A DNA stretch of 32,000 nt from a cyanobacterium endosymbiont of Braarudosphaera bigelowii. GTDB taxonomy: Bacteria > Cyanobacteriota > Cyanobacteriia > Cyanobacteriales > Microcystaceae. This document shows positions 30,871-32,000 of the stretch, in pieces. The DNA is taken from NCBI RefSeq assembly GCF_020885515.1, contig NZ_AP024987.1, positions 90,001 through 122,000 on the forward strand, written 5' to 3'. The notes beneath the pieces were generated by a model. It saw nothing but the letters and a program-made list of their open reading frames with translations, had not been told where the DNA came from and made no database searches. The number at the start of each line of letters is the position of its first letter. Position 1 is the first letter of the stretch. Position numbers and translations under genes: made by a program.

Positions 30871-32000
30871 TTACTTTAATTTTCTCTTCAGCTGATTACT
30901 TAATAGCTCAATTTCAGGTAATTGTAATTGCATAGATAAGATGAAAAATATTCCTAAAATGGAACTACTGGAAATAAATAATTGTAAACATTGTAATCCT
31001 AAATTATCGGCACTATATATGTGGTGCAATAAATAGTTTACTATCCAACCTACCAAAGCTGCTATGAAAGTTATTGCTACAAGGTTTAATATACCTATAA
31101 TCCATTTTTTCACTGGTAATTTATTTAGACGATTGTCTAGAATTACCAAAAATATAAATATAGAAATTAAATTAACTAGAATAGTGGCAAATACCAATCC
31201 AGGTGTACCGAAAGACTGATACAAGAGAAAATCTAATAAGCCATTCAAAAATATATTAAACAGACTAACGCGAAAAGGTGTTCCACCATCGCCTAATGCA
31301 TAGAACACTCTAACTAAGACATCTCTTACTAAGTAAAAAAACATTCCTGTTCCATAAGCAACTAGAACTGGAGCTACTATAATTGCATCATTTACCTCAA
31401 ACGCACCACGTTGATAAATTACACGAATAATATTAGGAGCAAGAGCAATAAAAACTGCTGTTAAAGGCAACATTGTTAAAGCACTTAAAAAAATACCTTG
31501 ACGAATCCTTAACTTTAGCTCGTTCCAATTTTCTGGTGTAGTTAATTGTGAAAAAATTGGCATAAATGGGACTAAAATCATATTAGAAATTATGCCTAAA
31601 GGAGTTAAAACGATAAAATTAGCATATCTCATTGCCGCTGCTGCATCAGGAATAAATGATGCAAAAAATAAGTCGGTATAAACATTAATATGTAACATAC
31701 CTGAAGCAAAGGTAGCTGGAACTAGTATTTTTGTTATATCTTTTAATCCAGGTATATTAAATTGAAAACGTAATCTCAGCCCACCCATCCCTTTTCTCCA
31801 TTGAGCTTGAAGCTGAGCTAACCACTGTAATAAACCACCAAGTAAAGTTCCTCCGGCTAAAACCATACCTCCTAAGTACCAATTTTCTTGTTCATTTATA
31901 TTTTGACCTGTATGCCAAATCAAAGCCCATACTCCAAAGGATATAACCACACTTGAAAACAAAGGACTAATACTAGGCAATAGATACTGATCCGCAGCGT
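30871..32000 (-). CDS. murJ: Lipid II flippase MurJ/MviN family, N-terminus beyond window edge
   Basis: Frame stays open to the window end (...ADQYLLPSISPLFSSVVISFGVWALIWHTGQ). MurJ motifs: ISPLFS, YANFIVLTPLGIISNMILVPFMPIFSQL, VYQRGAF, RVFYALGDGGTPFRVSL. Confidence 0.9.
   Translation of the reverse strand, partial: AADQYLLPSISPLFSSVVISFGVWALIWHTGQNINEQENWYLGGMVLAGGTLLGGLLQWLAQLQAQWRKGMGGLRLRFQFNIPGLKDITKILVPATFASGMLHINVYTDLFFASFIPDAAAAMRYANFIVLTPLGIISNMILVPFMPIFSQLTTPENWNELKLRIRQGIFLSALTMLPLTAVFIALAPNIIRVIYQRGAFEVNDAIIVAPVLVAYGTGMFFYLVRDVLVRVFYALGDGGTPFRVSLFNIFLNGLLDFLLYQSFGTPGLVFATILVNLISIFIFLVILDNRLNKLPVKKWIIGILNLVAITFIAALVGWIVNYLLHHIYSADNLGLQCLQLFISSSSILGIFFILSMQLQLPEIELLSNQLKRKLK

Noticed and set aside
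1-32000. Search for CRISPR arrays, transposases, phage or defence/toxin-antitoxin modules
   Set aside because: No regularly spaced direct repeats, IS-like ends with a transposase, integrase or paired toxin/antitoxin ORFs could be seen. The region is housekeeping chromosome with cyanobacterial hypotheticals.

Overview
This window looks like an ordinary chromosomal segment from a reduced, AT-rich unicellular cyanobacterium. The protein sequences and gene content fit the Crocosphaera/Cyanothece side of the tree, possibly a UCYN-A-like or diatom spheroid-body-like endosymbiont, but that assignment is inference. Positions 1-12925 hold the cyanobacterial S10/spc/alpha ribosomal protein supercluster (rplP partial through rpsI and rpmE), with secY, adk, infA, rpoA, truA and prfA. 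Positions 13187-32000 are looser, with longer AT-rich intergenic gaps. They hold ygfZ-like, tsaE, rnz, a DUF4335/DUF3038 pair, tig, miaB, a SpoIID-domain protein, a NAGPA-type protein, a DUF4079 protein, a Crr7-like protein, two small RRM proteins, a small basic protein and murJ (partial). I found no CRISPR array, transposase, phage module, defence locus, rRNA or tRNA, and no convincing novel multi-gene system. The best second-look signals are: (1) two paralogous RRM genes with matching promoter and 5' leader architecture, one of them with divergent RNP motifs; (2) a 32-bp perfect inverted repeat with a 6-nt loop at 26585-26654; (3) a decayed FAD-dependent oxidoreductase remnant at about 24861-25055 with in-frame stops; (4) several small or lineage-restricted proteins of unknown function.
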